NCBI GenBank assembly: GCA_050951325.1
Contig: JBMNIW010000012.1
Span: 448,001-512,000, forward strand
Source: Clostridia bacterium
GTDB lineage: Bacteria; Bacillota; Clostridia; UBA1212; DUPL01
Direction: 5' to 3'
Length of the DNA stretch: 64,000 bases
Shown: piece by piece, positions 29,816 to 41,171 of the stretch
How positions within the stretch are numbered: the stretch's first letter is position 1
How the letters are laid out: every line of letters starts with the position of its first letter
The notes under the pieces: model-generated
Seen by the model: only the letters and a program-made list of their open reading frames with translations
Database searches by the model: none
What the model was told of the DNA's origin: nothing
Made by a program: the position numbers and the translations under genes

Positions 29816-31927
29816 ATGGAATGCAGTGTTAATAAGGACGGCAAAAGAGTTGTTTTAACAATAGACGGGAAGACTGTAACACCTGTTGCATACATGACAT
29901 ACAACCCTCGCAAAGAGAACTTTACCAGATTTTCTGATATAGGGGTCAACTTGTTTAGCTTTGGAGTTTATCTTGGTGATCAGGGAATTAACAGTGAAAG
30001 CGGTATAAAGCCTTTTAGAAGCGGCTTTTATAAAGGATACAACGAATACGACTTTACGGAAGTGGACAAAGATCTCGAAATGATAACAAGCCACAACAAA
30101 GGTGCATATATCATTCCCCGTGTTTATCTTGACTGTCCTCAATGGTGGGAGAAAGAAAACAAGAGCGAGCTTTCTTTGGATGCCAAAGGAAGGCCTATGA
30201 GGCAGTCGTACGCATCTGACAAATGGCGTGAAGATGCATTGAGCGCAATATATGCACTAATTGACCATATATCTAGTTCCCAATGGGACGAAAATGTAAT
30301 CGGGTATCAGGTTGCAGCAGGATTGACAGAAGAGTGGCAGTATCATCATACATATCCGTACCAATACCTGGATTACTCAAACTGTAATTTAAAAAATTTC
30401 AGGGAATGGCTTAGAAACAAGTATGAATCAATTAGCGATCTTAACAGGGAATGGAACACAGTATACAAGGATTATGAAAATATCGTGTTTCCCAATCCCT
30501 TTGAGAGAAGCCATGCTTTAAACGGGGCGTTGAGAGACCCAAAAAAAGAAAGGCATGTTATAGACTTCTATACATACCACAGCCACATAATGGCAGATAC
30601 AATATTGTTTTTCTGTGAGAAAATCAAGAAACACACCAATTATGAAAGACTGACAGGTGCTTTTTATGGCTACATACTTGAGATAATGAGCAACGATTAC
30701 GGGCACTGTGGGATACATGAGGTTTTGAAATCGGAATACATTGATTTTCTAGCAAGCCCCAACAGCTACATGGACGCAAGAAGTCCGGGTATAGACTGGC
30801 CGTATATGTCAGTTGTGGATTCTGCCAAGCTGCACGGCAAACTCTGGTTTATTGAATCTGATACAAGAACTTCTCTTACAAGACCTCTTAAAGAGTCCAT
30901 GCCTCATGCTGCTCCAGACAATTCAAGATATTCATTTGAAGGTGTATGGAAAGGGCCAGGCAAGAACTTGTCACTGTCCCTTATGTTGAAAGGTTTTGGG
31001 AGGGTTTTGACAGGTGGAATTGGAACCTGGTGGTTTGACATGTGGGGCGGATGGTTTAATGATCCTGATTATCTTGGATTAATTGAAAAGACTACAAAAA
31101 TATTGGAGGAGCATATAAAGAAGGATGTAAGAGCTAAAGCTGAGATTGCTGTATTTGTCGACCCTGAGTGTTTCCACTATTTTTCAACAAATCATTATAT
31201 CCTCCACGAACTTGTATACAGTCAGAGAAAATCCTTGGGACAAATGGGCGTCCCCTATCACATATATTTAACTGAGGACCTGGAGTTGGAATCTTTCGAT
31301 ATTGAAGCATACAATCTGTACATATTTCTGAATAATGTATACATGAAAGACAGTTTAAAAGAATGCATTGACAGGAAGATAAAAAGAAACGGCAGAACTC
31401 TTCTTTGGATATATCTTCAGGATATGTTTACGCAATCTGCTTCTATTACTGGTTTCAACATTAAATATGCAAAAGACTCATTGCCCATTCAAGCAGTGTA
31501 CAAGTCTGAGGTGTTTCCTTCTTTGGCGGTTGTCTGTCCTGAGTTTTCTGTGGCAGATTTGGCCAATGCCAGAGTTCTTGCGACACAAAAAGATACGAAT
31601 ATTCCTGTATGTACGGTAAAATGTTTTGATGACTACAACAGCATTTACTGTACGGTGCCCAATATGCCTGTCAGTCTTTTAAGAGATATTGCCAACATGA
31701 GCAGGGTTCACATATATTGTCACACAAATGACGTAGTATATGCTGATGAGGAATATATAATTATTCATGCAAGTTATTCAGGCGAGAAGCGAATATACCT
31801 GCCTGTAAAGGCTATAGTATATGACGGTTTAACAGATAATAAGCTATACGGACCATGTACGTATTTTGATTTTCCGATGGAACAATATGATACAAAAATG
31901 TTTAGAATCATAGATTGTGAGGTGTAG
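29816..31927 (+). CDS. Beta-galactosidase-like glycoside hydrolase (GH42-related)
   Basis: [36 protein letters not shown]; AGGAGG RBS. Confidence 0.7.
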   Translation: MECSVNKDGKRVVLTIDGKTVTPVAYMTYNPRKENFTRFSDIGVNLFSFGVYLGDQGINSESGIKPFRSGFYKGYNEYDFTEVDKDLEMITSHNKGAYIIPRVYLDCPQWWEKENKSELSLDAKGRPMRQSYASDKWREDALSAIYALIDHISSSQWDENVIGYQVAAGLTEEWQYHHTYPYQYLDYSNCNLKNFREWLRNKYESISDLNREWNTVYKDYENIVFPNPFERSHALNGALRDPKKERHVIDFYTYHSHIMADTILFFCEKIKKHTNYERLTGAFYGYILEIMSNDYGHCGIHEVLKSEYIDFLASPNSYMDARSPGIDWPYMSVVDSAKLHGKLWFIESDTRTSLTRPLKESMPHAAPDNSRYSFEGVWKGPGKNLSLSLMLKGFGRVLTGGIGTWWFDMWGGWFNDPDYLGLIEKTTKILEEHIKKDVRAKAEIAVFVDPECFHYFSTNHYILHELVYSQRKSLGQMGVPYHIYLTEDLELESFDIEAYNLYIFLNNVYMKDSLKECIDRKIKRNGRTLLWIYLQDMFTQSASITGFNIKYAKDSLPIQAVYKSEVFPSLAVVCPEFSVADLANARVLATQKDTNIPVCTVKCFDDYNSIYCTVPNMPVSLLRDIANMSRVHIYCHTNDVVYADEEYIIIHASYSGEKRIYLPVKAIVYDGLTDNKLYGPCTYFDFPMEQYDTKMFRIIDCEV

Positions 31928-31931
31928 TTTA

Positions 31932-33728
31932 ATGAAAAGAAACCGATACATAGGTGAGTATCCGGTAGTTGGAATCAGGCCTGTCATTGATGCCAGAAGA
32001 GGTGTGCTGAAGGTAAGGGAATCTCTTGAAGAGCAGACAATGACAATGGCAAGAAAGGCTGCTGAATTGTTCAGAGAGAACCTGCGATATGCCAATGGTG
32101 AACCTGTAAAGGTGGTCATATCAGACACAACCATAGGCAGGGCAGGGGAAGCTGCATTGTGTGATGCTCAGTTTAAAAAGGAAGGTGTTTCAATAACATT
32201 AACGGTAACCCCATGCTGGTGCTACGGTTCTGAAACAATGGACATGGACCCAAGCACAATCAAAGCGGTATGGGGTTTTAATGGTACAGAAAGACCCGGA
32301 GCTGTTTATCTGGCAGCGGTGCTTGCATGCCATGCACAAAAAGGTTTGCCTGCCTTTGGCATCTACGGAAGGGAAGTGCAGGACAAGGACGAAACCTCCA
32401 TACCTGACGATGTAAAGGAAAAGCTTCTGCGGTTTGGAAGGGCGGCGGTAGCAGTAAGCTCGATGAGAGGAAAATCCTATCTCCAGATAGGCTCAATGTG
32501 CATGGGTATTGCGGGATCATTAATAAATGCGGACTTCTTCGAAGACTACCTGGGAATGCGGGTTGAATCTGTTGACGAAGTGGAGATTATTAGACGAATT
32601 ACAGAGGAGATATATAACAAGGAAGAGTATGAAAAAGCCATCCAGTGGGTAAGGGAAAACTGTGTTGAAGGATTTGACAAGAACCCGGTTGATAATCAAA
32701 AGTCAAGAGAAGAGAAGGATGAGGAATGGGAGTTCCTTGTCAAGATGATGATAATTATAAAAGACTTGTATCATGGAAATCCTAATCTGCCTGCTGGCTG
32801 CGAAGAAGAAAAGGCAGGACATAATGCAATCGCAGGAGGTTTCCAAGGTCAAAGACAGTGGACTGACTTCTATCCAAACTGTGATTTTCCAGAGGCAATG
32901 CTTAATTCAAGCTTTGATTGGGAAGGTGCGAGAGAACCGTACATCCTGGCTACAGAGAACGACACGTTGAATGGCGTTTGCATGTTGTTTGGAAAACTCC
33001 TTACAAACACTGCCCAGCTTTTTGCGGACGTAAGGACATATTGGAGTCCGGAATCCGTCTACAGGGTAAGCGGATTCCAGCTCGAAGGCAAGGCAAAAGA
33101 GGCAGAGGGTATCATACACTTGATAAACTCAGGGGCGGGCTGCCTTGATGCCTGTGGAGAGGCAAAGGATGAGAAGGGCAATGGAGTCATCAAACCATTC
33201 TGGGAGATGTCTGATGAAGATATTCAGGCATGCCTTAAGGCAACAACTTGGAATGCAGCCGACAGGGGGTATTTCAGAGGTGGAGGATTCTCTTCAAGAT
33301 TTGTAACTAGAGCAGAAATGCCTGCTACCATGTTTCGGCTGAATATTGTAAAGGGATTGGGCCCTGTTTTACAACTTGCTGAAGGATACACCATCAATCT
33401 CCCGGATGAGGTTACTGATATCTTGTGGAAGAGAACAGATTATACATGGCCTTGTACCTGGTTTGCTCCAAGACTTACCGGCAGTGGGGTATTCAAGAGC
33501 GCTTATGATGTAATGAACAACTGGGGTGCAAACCATGCAGTTGTAAGTTATGGACATATAGGTGCGGATTTAATAACCTTGTGCTCGATGCTGAGAATAC
33601 CAGTGTGTATGCAAAATGTGGATGAGGATAAAATGTTCAGGCCTGCCAGTTGGAATGCTTTTGGAATGGACAAGGAAGGACAGGATTACAGGGCATGTCT
33701 GACATATGGCCCCCTGTATAAAAAGTAA
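31932..33728 (+). CDS. fucI: L-fucose isomerase
   Basis: [48 protein letters not shown]. Confidence 0.96.
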   Translation: MKRNRYIGEYPVVGIRPVIDARRGVLKVRESLEEQTMTMARKAAELFRENLRYANGEPVKVVISDTTIGRAGEAALCDAQFKKEGVSITLTVTPCWCYGSETMDMDPSTIKAVWGFNGTERPGAVYLAAVLACHAQKGLPAFGIYGREVQDKDETSIPDDVKEKLLRFGRAAVAVSSMRGKSYLQIGSMCMGIAGSLINADFFEDYLGMRVESVDEVEIIRRITEEIYNKEEYEKAIQWVRENCVEGFDKNPVDNQKSREEKDEEWEFLVKMMIIIKDLYHGNPNLPAGCEEEKAGHNAIAGGFQGQRQWTDFYPNCDFPEAMLNSSFDWEGAREPYILATENDTLNGVCMLFGKLLTNTAQLFADVRTYWSPESVYRVSGFQLEGKAKEAEGIIHLINSGAGCLDACGEAKDEKGNGVIKPFWEMSDEDIQACLKATTWNAADRGYFRGGGFSSRFVTRAEMPATMFRLNIVKGLGPVLQLAEGYTINLPDEVTDILWKRTDYTWPCTWFAPRLTGSGVFKSAYDVMNNWGANHAVVSYGHIGADLITLCSMLRIPVCMQNVDEDKMFRPASWNAFGMDKEGQDYRACLTYGPLYKK

Positions 33729-33747
33729 ATAAACAATAGTATGTATT

Positions 33748-33773
33748 AAGGGACGCATATCAGGCGTCCCCTT
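33748..33773 (+). terminator. Terminator after fucI
   Basis: GGGACGC-loop-GCGTCCC followed by T-rich tract. Confidence 0.65.
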
Positions 33774-33847
33774 ATATTATTTACAATTTTGTGGATTTGG
33801 TATAAACTAATGTGTGGACAATAAACAAGCATAAGGAGCCGCAAGAG

Positions 33848-35305
33848 ATGAAAAAGTTGGATTGGTCAGATACCAGGAATCTTACCATGTTGATGGATTT
33901 TTACGAGTTGACTATGGCAAACGGATATATGGAAAGTGGACTTGAAGGTATTTCAGCATGCTTTGACATGTCCATTAGAAGGATACCTGACGGTGGCGGT
34001 TTTGCCATTATGGCAGGTCTTGAGCAAGTGATTGAAAATTTGAAAGAGCTTCGATTTAAGGAAAAAGATATTGAGTTTTTAAGAAGCAAAAACCTTTTTT
34101 CAGATAAATTTTTGGAATACCTTAGAAATTTCAAATTCTCCTGTGATGTATGGGCAGTACCCGAAGGAACTCCAGTGTTTCCAAATGAACCAATAGTAAA
34201 GGTTGTTGGTCCTATTGTGGAAGCGCAGCTGTTGGAGACTTTGGTTCTTGTACTCATTAACCACCAAAGCCTTATTGCTACCAAATCAAACAGGATTGTA
34301 AGGGCTGCTCAGGGAAGGGCTGTTATGGAGTTTGGCTCAAGAAGAGCCCATGGCGCAGATAGCGCCATTTATGGAGCAAGAGCTGCGTATATAGCAGGGT
34401 GTGTGGGAACATCCTGTGTTCTTTCAAGTAAAATGTTTGGGATTCCAGCCCTTGGGACAATGGCGCACTCATGGGTTCAGCTCTTTGATACTGAACTGGA
34501 TGCATTTTTAGCATATGCAAGAGCTTTCCCGAGCTCATGCACACTTTTGGTTGACACTTATGATGTATTAAGAAGCGGTATACCAAATGCCATTAAGGCA
34601 TTTGAGCAAGAAGTAGTGCCAAGAGGTTTCAGACCTTATGCTGTAAGGATAGACAGTGGAGACATTGTGCAACTGTCAAAGAAGGCAAGAGAAATGCTTG
34701 ATGAAGCTGGTTTTGAGGATTGCAAGATTGTGGCTTCAAATTCTCTTGACGAGTACAGCATACAGGAGATGCTTTCTAAAGGAGCTTGCGTTGACCAATT
34801 TGGAGTTGGTGAAAGACTTATTACTTCTGCCAGTGACTCAGTATTTGGCGGAGTGTACAAGCTTGTGGCAATCAAGAGGGATGGAGAGATAATCCCGAAG
34901 ATAAAGATAAGTGAGACTACGGGTAAGATTAACATCCCTGGAGTCAAAGAACTGCACAGGCTTTATGACAATCACACCAACGAGGCTGTGGCTGATATTA
35001 TTTCATTAAGGGGAGAGGAAATAGACGTCACAAAGCCATATGAGGCGTATGATGTTTATGAGAAAGACAAAAAGGTTGTCTTAAAGAACTTTTCCACTAA
35101 GAAGCTCTTGACGCCGATTTTTGAAAAAGGCAAATGCGTATATGACAGCCCAAATATTGAGGAGATAAAAAGCTACTGCAGACAGCAGGTTGACACTCTG
35201 AGCAATACAATCAAGTCTCTCAAGAACCCTGAGCACTATCCAGTGTATCTGTCTCCTGGGGTGTGGCAACTAAAAAACGAGTTGTTTGAGGAGAAGAAGG
35301 TTTAG
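33848..35305 (+). CDS. pncB: Nicotinate phosphoribosyltransferase
   Basis: DFYELTM, EFGSRRAHG, GTMAHSW, LVDTYD, RIDSGD, GGVYKLV. Confidence 0.95.
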   Translation: MKKLDWSDTRNLTMLMDFYELTMANGYMESGLEGISACFDMSIRRIPDGGGFAIMAGLEQVIENLKELRFKEKDIEFLRSKNLFSDKFLEYLRNFKFSCDVWAVPEGTPVFPNEPIVKVVGPIVEAQLLETLVLVLINHQSLIATKSNRIVRAAQGRAVMEFGSRRAHGADSAIYGARAAYIAGCVGTSCVLSSKMFGIPALGTMAHSWVQLFDTELDAFLAYARAFPSSCTLLVDTYDVLRSGIPNAIKAFEQEVVPRGFRPYAVRIDSGDIVQLSKKAREMLDEAGFEDCKIVASNSLDEYSIQEMLSKGACVDQFGVGERLITSASDSVFGGVYKLVAIKRDGEIIPKIKISETTGKINIPGVKELHRLYDNHTNEAVADIISLRGEEIDVTKPYEAYDVYEKDKKVVLKNFSTKKLLTPIFEKGKCVYDSPNIEEIKSYCRQQVDTLSNTIKSLKNPEHYPVYLSPGVWQLKNELFEEKKV

Positions 35306-35826
35306 TTTTTGATAAAGTCCTTGTACAACAGGCTTGGCTGTATGCCCGTATTGTTCTGGTACTTTCCGCTTTTGTATTCTTCAAACTCACCTTCTATGGT
35401 ATGGTAGTATATTTGACAGCACTCTATATATGGATAAATTTTGACAGGTTGTATGCAGAACATTTCCAAGGTCCAATATCCGGAGAATCCCACATCACCA
35501 AAACCTGCAGTGACATGGATGAAAAGGCCAAGTCTGCCTATTGAGGACCTGCCTTCAAGCATTGGTACCAGGTTGCTTGTCTTTGTATACTCTGCAGTTC
35601 TTCCCAAATACAGTTTGTTCGGTTCCAAAACAAGGCCTTCTTCAGGGATTATGATTTTCCTTGCCTTGTTTTCCTTTTTCATATCCAGAATATCATCTTC
35701 ATAAACCAACAGCTCGTTATGCAGTCTTAAGTTGTAACTGTTTGGATTCAACTGCTTTTTATTAAACGGCTCTATAACTATATCTTTCCCGATTCTTTTC
35801 TCTATTTCTTTTCCTGACAGTATCAT
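35302..35826 (-). CDS. dcd: dCTP deaminase
   Basis: QLNPNSYNLRL, EGRSSIGRLG, GFGDVGFSGYWTLE. Confidence 0.92.
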   Translation of the reverse strand: MILSGKEIEKRIGKDIVIEPFNKKQLNPNSYNLRLHNELLVYEDDILDMKKENKARKIIIPEEGLVLEPNKLYLGRTAEYTKTSNLVPMLEGRSSIGRLGLFIHVTAGFGDVGFSGYWTLEMFCIQPVKIYPYIECCQIYYHTIEGEFEEYKSGKYQNNTGIQPSLLYKDFIKN

Positions 35827-35945
35827 GTCTCTTGCACCTCATATTTTTAGTGAATTAGTATTGTAATCGTAAAACATATAAAGCGCAAGAGAAAAATACG
35901 AAGATTAAAACAATCTCCGTATCCCATGCAAATATTTAACTTTTC

Positions 35946-36224
35946 TTAATTGATGCTTTCGCTCAATTTCCTGATTTCTTCAAGCTTGAGGTCAAGCACC
36001 ATTTCCAGTTTGATGACTTTGTTTAGAGTATCCGATACGGATTGGTTGACTGAAAGCATTTCGTCAACGGTGCAGCAACCCATATCAAGAACTGCCTGAA
36101 TTTTGCTTCCTTCGTTGTCAATAAGTTTTGCCAGACTGGCATGTTGCGTTGCAAGAGACTCAATCAGATTGGCTATGGCTTGCGATTGAGGCGTAATTGA
36201 TGGAGTGTTTTCAGGGGTTGACAT
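35946..36224 (-). CDS. Small conserved helical protein of spore-forming Firmicutes (function unknown)
   Basis: LIESLA...LAKLIDNEGSKIQ...VNQSV..TL...IKLEMVL pattern. Confidence 0.55.
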   Translation of the reverse strand: MSTPENTPSITPQSQAIANLIESLATQHASLAKLIDNEGSKIQAVLDMGCCTVDEMLSVNQSVSDTLNKVIKLEMVLDLKLEEIRKLSESIN

Positions 36225-36288
36225 TTTTTCTTCACTTCCAAAATTCGTTCTAGTATATGATATTTGGAAAACATTAAAGTGGTTACCC

Positions 36289-38607
36289 CTAAAAATGCGT
36301 AAACTGGTTCATATTGTATCGCTTCAACGCACTCATGTACATGTCGAAGTCTATGTCTATTATATTGGTGAAATAATGGTTAAAGTGCTTTCTTCCCTTG
36401 TTATCCTTCCATTCGATATAATAGAAGTCTTTTTCGTTTTCTTTGATGGGAATGTTGCATACTATGCATGAGCTATCATGCGGCGCATTGAAAACACCTT
36501 CCGCTATAACCAAGTTATCTGAAAACCTTGTTACGGTGTATTTAAGAAGTGTATCATATTGAGTGTCATTTACCGCATACAGGGGAAGCAGGTTGTTTTT
36601 TGGTTCGTCGCACATAAGGCAAAGAGGCGATTGGGATCGTTTTATGTAATGATAGGCCAGCTTTTTGACGAAATAGTAGTCGACTACTGCATCGGAAATC
36701 TGTGGCCAGCCGTCAAGCAGATTCCACCACAAGATACCTGTTCTTCTCCATTTAGAGATGCGGAAGCGCTCTATAAAATATTTTTTTGCCTCTGCCTGAG
36801 AAATCTGACTCATATATGCAAAGGTAGTTATATTGTCAGGAAGGGATCCGAAAAGGGTCTTAACCTGATCTGCCATAAGTCCAATCCTGTATGAAAACTC
36901 AACACCCATTTCCGTTTCCATACAGGAAGCGTGGATCTGCCATTCCGGTACGGTGTTGCCGTTTTCCTCAAACATGGGCCATAACTTGTCTTCGGGAATG
37001 AACTTCTTGAGAGAGTTGGGTGAAGGACAGCCGTGATAACCGGTTTCAGACGCAAAGTGGCATAAGCTGTTTTTGTAAAAGCTGCCTTTGAAATAGTCTC
37101 TAGGTCCCCATAGATGGTCTTCACTCAAAGGCTTTTTGGACTCAAATGCAAAATCATCGATATATGGGGAGCTTGGGAGATAGGGTCGTGCAAAATCGTG
37201 GATTCTGCAGACTTCTTTTAGGGTTTTGCGTGTAATTATGTTGTCATTTGGGTCCACTATATTGTTATGAATGACTTGAAACAAATCACACTCATTGTCT
37301 CCTGCCCACAATACAAGAGAAGGATGATTTCTCAATTTCTTTACAATGTATGCAGCTTCCTTTTCTATTTTCTTCTGAAACTCTTCATCCTGTGAATAAA
37401 CACCACAACCCATGGCAAAATCCTGCCACACCATTATTCCTTTTTCATCGCAGAAGTCAAAGAAAGCATGATCCTCATATACATTGCCGCCCCAGCATCT
37501 GACCATGTTGCATCCTATGTCATCCATAAGCTCCAAAGCTTTTGGCAGTCTATTCATATCATTTGAATGAAATGCGTCGAGAGGCACCCAGTTTGTCCCC
37601 ATGCAGAAAACCTTTCTACCATTTATTTTAAACACGAACTCTCCATTTCCTGATTCGTCGGTTGTAGAGGTTCTGACAAGATCAACTGTCCTTATGCCAA
37701 TCTTTAGTTTTTTCTTGTCAATAAGCAAATCTCCTCTGTACAAGGAAACCGTTGTATCATAAAGATGTGGCTCTCCTGCATTCTTGGGATACCATAGCAT
37801 GGCATTGTTTACTGTTATGGACATGGCACCATAGGTGTGAAAAAGCCTTTGAGACATTTCAAAAGTGGAATCTTTGCATACTCCTTTGACTTTAATCATC
37901 AAATCCTTTATCAGGTCTGCATCGGTTTCAATATTGTAGAATGCCCGAATGTATGCAGTGCTGCTTTCGGGAGAAGCGGATAATGTATAGATATAAATGT
38001 CTTCTATTCTCTCATTCTTTTTCTGTACAAGCTTTACCTCTTTCCAAATGCCGCCGGATACGATACGAGGCATTATGTCCCAGCCAAACATGGATGCAGC
38101 TTTTCTTATTCTTAAGCTAGCATAATTGTATCTAAGGGCAAAGTTTAGTGGTGTAAGCTCATATTTTCTTGCTTCGATTGTGGCTGGATATATGTGAACC
38201 AAAAGCTCATTGTTTTTATCTCTTAGATATTCTTCAACCAAAAACTCATGGGCGATAAACATATTGTCCACATGGCCTAAAAAGATGCCGTTTAAAAAAA
38301 TATCTGCAATGGTATCAATGCCTTCAAATACAAGGTATGTTTTTGAGTTTTCTTCCCTGTTTTCCAGGTTGTCGAATACTGTGGTGTAGAACAAATGCAG
38401 GTTTTCAAGTTCCTGCATTTTCAACACATTTGTCCCATAAAAAGGATCTTCGATAAGACCTGCTTCCATCATGTCCAGTTCAAAGTTGCCAGGAACTTTT
38501 GCAGGTATCGATTTATAGTTTTCCTTGAGTTCGCTCATGGTTTTAGGATTAAACTTTTTATTCGTAACTTCATGATTAGGTATTATGTACAAGTCCCAGT
38601 TTCTCAT
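36289..38607 (-). CDS. GH2 beta-mannosidase
   Basis: FEGIDT, FGWDI, GTNWVP, RCWGGN, WQDF, LWAGDNE, ASETG. Confidence 0.9.
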   Translation of the reverse strand: MRNWDLYIIPNHEVTNKKFNPKTMSELKENYKSIPAKVPGNFELDMMEAGLIEDPFYGTNVLKMQELENLHLFYTTVFDNLENREENSKTYLVFEGIDTIADIFLNGIFLGHVDNMFIAHEFLVEEYLRDKNNELLVHIYPATIEARKYELTPLNFALRYNYASLRIRKAASMFGWDIMPRIVSGGIWKEVKLVQKKNERIEDIYIYTLSASPESSTAYIRAFYNIETDADLIKDLMIKVKGVCKDSTFEMSQRLFHTYGAMSITVNNAMLWYPKNAGEPHLYDTTVSLYRGDLLIDKKKLKIGIRTVDLVRTSTTDESGNGEFVFKINGRKVFCMGTNWVPLDAFHSNDMNRLPKALELMDDIGCNMVRCWGGNVYEDHAFFDFCDEKGIMVWQDFAMGCGVYSQDEEFQKKIEKEAAYIVKKLRNHPSLVLWAGDNECDLFQVIHNNIVDPNDNIITRKTLKEVCRIHDFARPYLPSSPYIDDFAFESKKPLSEDHLWGPRDYFKGSFYKNSLCHFASETGYHGCPSPNSLKKFIPEDKLWPMFEENGNTVPEWQIHASCMETEMGVEFSYRIGLMADQVKTLFGSLPDNITTFAYMSQISQAEAKKYFIERFRISKWRRTGILWWNLLDGWPQISDAVVDYYFVKKLAYHYIKRSQSPLCLMCDEPKNNLLPLYAVNDTQYDTLLKYTVTRFSDNLVIAEGVFNAPHDSSCIVCNIPIKENEKDFYYIEWKDNKGRKHFNHYFTNIIDIDFDMYMSALKRYNMNQFTHF

Positions 38608-38670
38608 TTTCTATACCTCGCTAAACATAAAAAAAAGAAGGCAGAATTCTGCCTTTCTTTGCAAAAAACA

Positions 38671-39450
38671 TTATTGCTCTACACGGTAGTGCTCATCCGC
38701 AAGAACCAAGTTGTCAATTGCAATGTGGTTGTTATTGTTCCAGAAGAATCCAATGTTGTCATGTTTGTACAAGGATGTGTTGGTGTGTTCCAGAACAAGT
38801 TGTTTGTTGATATAGATCTTGATTGTGTTGTCGGATGTAAGCTTGATTGCAAGGTGGAATTCTTCGTTCAAGCCAATTTCCGAAACAGTAGCATCCTTTA
38901 AGAGTCTGGTGCCATCCTTGTTGTTCTCAAGAATTTTAACTTTCTTGTCTTTTGGCCAGAAACCTGCAATTATTTTGCTCTCCATCAGTTTTGGACCTAT
39001 CCAGCATCCTATGTAGTTTTCAGTATCTGGCTTATGCTCCAGGAAAACCACATCCATTGCCAAGGTGAAGTTTGAAAGCTTTCCACCAACCCTGGCTTGC
39101 AGTGCATAAGCATTAAAATCTGCAATAAGTTTACCGTTTTCCACCTTGAAGGCCTGCAGCTCCCATTCGTTCTTTGACTTTTCGGGATCTGAAAAGTCGT
39201 CCTGTATATGGATCACAGGATCAGGCTCCTCTGTAGGTTCCGGCGTTGGTTCCTCTGTAGGTTCCGGAGTAGGTTCCTCTGTCGGTTCCGGGGTTTGCTC
39301 ATCCGTTTTATCTGGTGTTGGTTCCTCTGTTGCTGTTGCTGTCGCTGTGGGTTCCGGATCTTTGTCCTGCTTTTTGCAGGCACTTGCCATTACCAAGAAA
39401 GCAGCTACAAGCATTAGCAGAACTAAACACTTGACTAACTTTTTATTCAT
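38671..39450 (-). CDS. Lipoprotein with Pro/Thr/Glu linker and ConA-like (DUF1080-like) domain
   Basis: Lipobox ASAC; EPTPEPTE repeats; IQDDFS...IAIDNLVL. Confidence 0.7.
   Translation of the reverse strand: MNKKLVKCLVLLMLVAAFLVMASACKKQDKDPEPTATATATEEPTPDKTDEQTPEPTEEPTPEPTEEPTPEPTEEPDPVIHIQDDFSDPEKSKNEWELQAFKVENGKLIADFNAYALQARVGGKLSNFTLAMDVVFLEHKPDTENYIGCWIGPKLMESKIIAGFWPKDKKVKILENNKDGTRLLKDATVSEIGLNEEFHLAIKLTSDNTIKIYINKQLVLEHTNTSLYKHDNIGFFWNNNNHIAIDNLVLADEHYRVEQ
39223..39296. repeat. 24-bp coding tandem repeat (x3) encoding the TPEPTEEP linker
   Basis: GGTTCCTCTGTAGGTTCCGG units. Confidence 0.8.
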
Positions 39451-39471
39451 CTTAAAACCTCCTGATATATA

Positions 39472-40152
39472 TTAATATGAAAGCATTACCTTCACATTAT
39501 TGTTCAACGTTATTTCATCAGATTTCACAATGCAGTCATAGGCACATATGTTTACACCGTTTTCATGGGCTTTCACAAGGGCATCGGCAAACTCTTTGTG
39601 TATTGCTTCGTTGGGTGTAAAGTATGAAACTTCCTCCATCTGTACAACAAAAATTATGTATGCTTTGTGCCCGTTTTTTACTGCATCAATCAACTCCTCA
39701 ACATGCTTTATTCCTCTTTTAGTAGGTGCGTCTGGAAACATGGCAATGTTATCAAACTCTTGTGTAACACCCTTTATTTCTATATATATTTTATCACTTT
39801 TTGTTTGAACATAGAAGTCAAATCTTGAATTTTTATATGTTTTTTCCCTTTCATATCCAATTAATTGGGGAAACAGCTCTTCCATGTTCTCTTCTATGAC
39901 CCAATTTGGGACCATGCTATCTATATTAATTATCCTGTCACCTTTTCTTGCAGCAATGAGATCATACTTTGTCTTTCTCTCCGGCTTGTCAACTTCTTGA
40001 ACATATACTTCTGTATCAGGCAGAAGGATTTCCTTCAACCTTCCGGTGTTTTTTACATGACAAGGTACAATCTCACCACATATCTCCACATATGCTGTAA
40101 ATCTATCTTTCCTTGAAATAAATTTACTTTTTCTAATGTTTTCGTATTTCAT
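39472..40152 (-). CDS. sfsA: Sugar fermentation stimulation protein / nuclease SfsA
   Basis: HVKNTGRL, SRFDF, EIKGVT, FPDAPTKRGIKH. Confidence 0.95.
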   Translation of the reverse strand: MKYENIRKSKFISRKDRFTAYVEICGEIVPCHVKNTGRLKEILLPDTEVYVQEVDKPERKTKYDLIAARKGDRIINIDSMVPNWVIEENMEELFPQLIGYEREKTYKNSRFDFYVQTKSDKIYIEIKGVTQEFDNIAMFPDAPTKRGIKHVEELIDAVKNGHKAYIIFVVQMEEVSYFTPNEAIHKEFADALVKAHENGVNICAYDCIVKSDEITLNNNVKVMLSY

Positions 40153-40312
40153 GAATCTCCTTATTGCTTTTTCTAAAGTTCTTTTATATGAATAATATCA
40201 AATCAGAAGAAAAAAATAAAGATGGTTTGATTAAAATTAATAAAAATGCATCCAATGCATTAATGTTTTGCAGAGTCATAACCTGCATGTTAAAGAAACT
40301 GGCGTAAACTGT

Positions 40313-40341
40313 TTGACATGATTTTGTTGAAAATGTATAAT
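40313..40341 (+). promoter_or_regulatory. SigA promoter
   Basis: TTGACA-N17-TATAAT, perfect consensus. Confidence 0.75.
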
Positions 40342-40369
40342 TGCTCCAATAGAAAACGATTGTAAGGGG

Positions 40370-41116
40370 TTGTTGCAGGTGGTAGTACGCCTGATGTCAT
40401 TTAATATTCAGCACTGCAGGGATTACATCATGGCAAAGGAACGTGGAGGAGATCCCATTGACTTTGATTTGATGGCGGATGCTATAAAGTCGCAGGAGCC
40501 AGACATTGTGGTTCTAAACGAGGTTAGGAATTTGGGCCCTTGTCCTTCATACAAAAACCAGGCGAAGATTCTGGCTAAAAAGGTGGGTTTTCAATACTAC
40601 AAGTTTGGGGAAGCAATAAGGTTTGGAGGTCTTTTGCCTTATGGAAATGCCATTTTGTCGAAGTATCCCATTGGAGAGTTCCGCGTGGTACGCATCCCGG
40701 ATCCAATTGTAAAGGATGAAGATGTATACTATGAATCAAGATCTGTTATCAAATGCAGGATAGATATCGGAAAACACAGAATACATGTTTTGGGTACTCA
40801 TATCGGGCTTGCAAATAGTGAAAAGACAAATGCCGTTAACACACTGGTAGAACTAATTGACGACACAGACATTCCCTGCGTGTTAATGGGAGATTTCAAC
40901 ATGACACCCGAAGATGACAAGTTAAGACCAATACATGAAAGGATGATAGACACTGCAAGGTACTTTGAAGAACCAAAACTGACCTTTCCCTCCGATGAAC
41001 CAAGAATAAAGATAGACTATATTTTTGTATCAAAAGATTTGAAAGTTGTGAATGCAGATGTTCCTGACGTCATTGCCTCCGACCACAAAATGGTAATATG
41101 CGATGTAGAGCTGTGA
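40370..41116 (+). CDS. Endonuclease/exonuclease/phosphatase family protein
   Basis: MSFNIQH, DIVVLNEV, YGNAILSKYP, MGDFN, IDYIF, SDH. Confidence 0.9.
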   Translation: MLQVVVRLMSFNIQHCRDYIMAKERGGDPIDFDLMADAIKSQEPDIVVLNEVRNLGPCPSYKNQAKILAKKVGFQYYKFGEAIRFGGLLPYGNAILSKYPIGEFRVVRIPDPIVKDEDVYYESRSVIKCRIDIGKHRIHVLGTHIGLANSEKTNAVNTLVELIDDTDIPCVLMGDFNMTPEDDKLRPIHERMIDTARYFEEPKLTFPSDEPRIKIDYIFVSKDLKVVNADVPDVIASDHKMVICDVEL

Positions 41117-41171
41117 GTTAACCGACAAAAGCGAAGTTTTTGTTGATAAATCACTCGTTTTGTTGTAAAAT

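Noticed and set aside
39223-39350. Tandem repeat as a phase-variation locus
   Set aside because: In-frame 24-bp Pro/Thr linker repeat with synonymous variation, ordinary for lipoproteins
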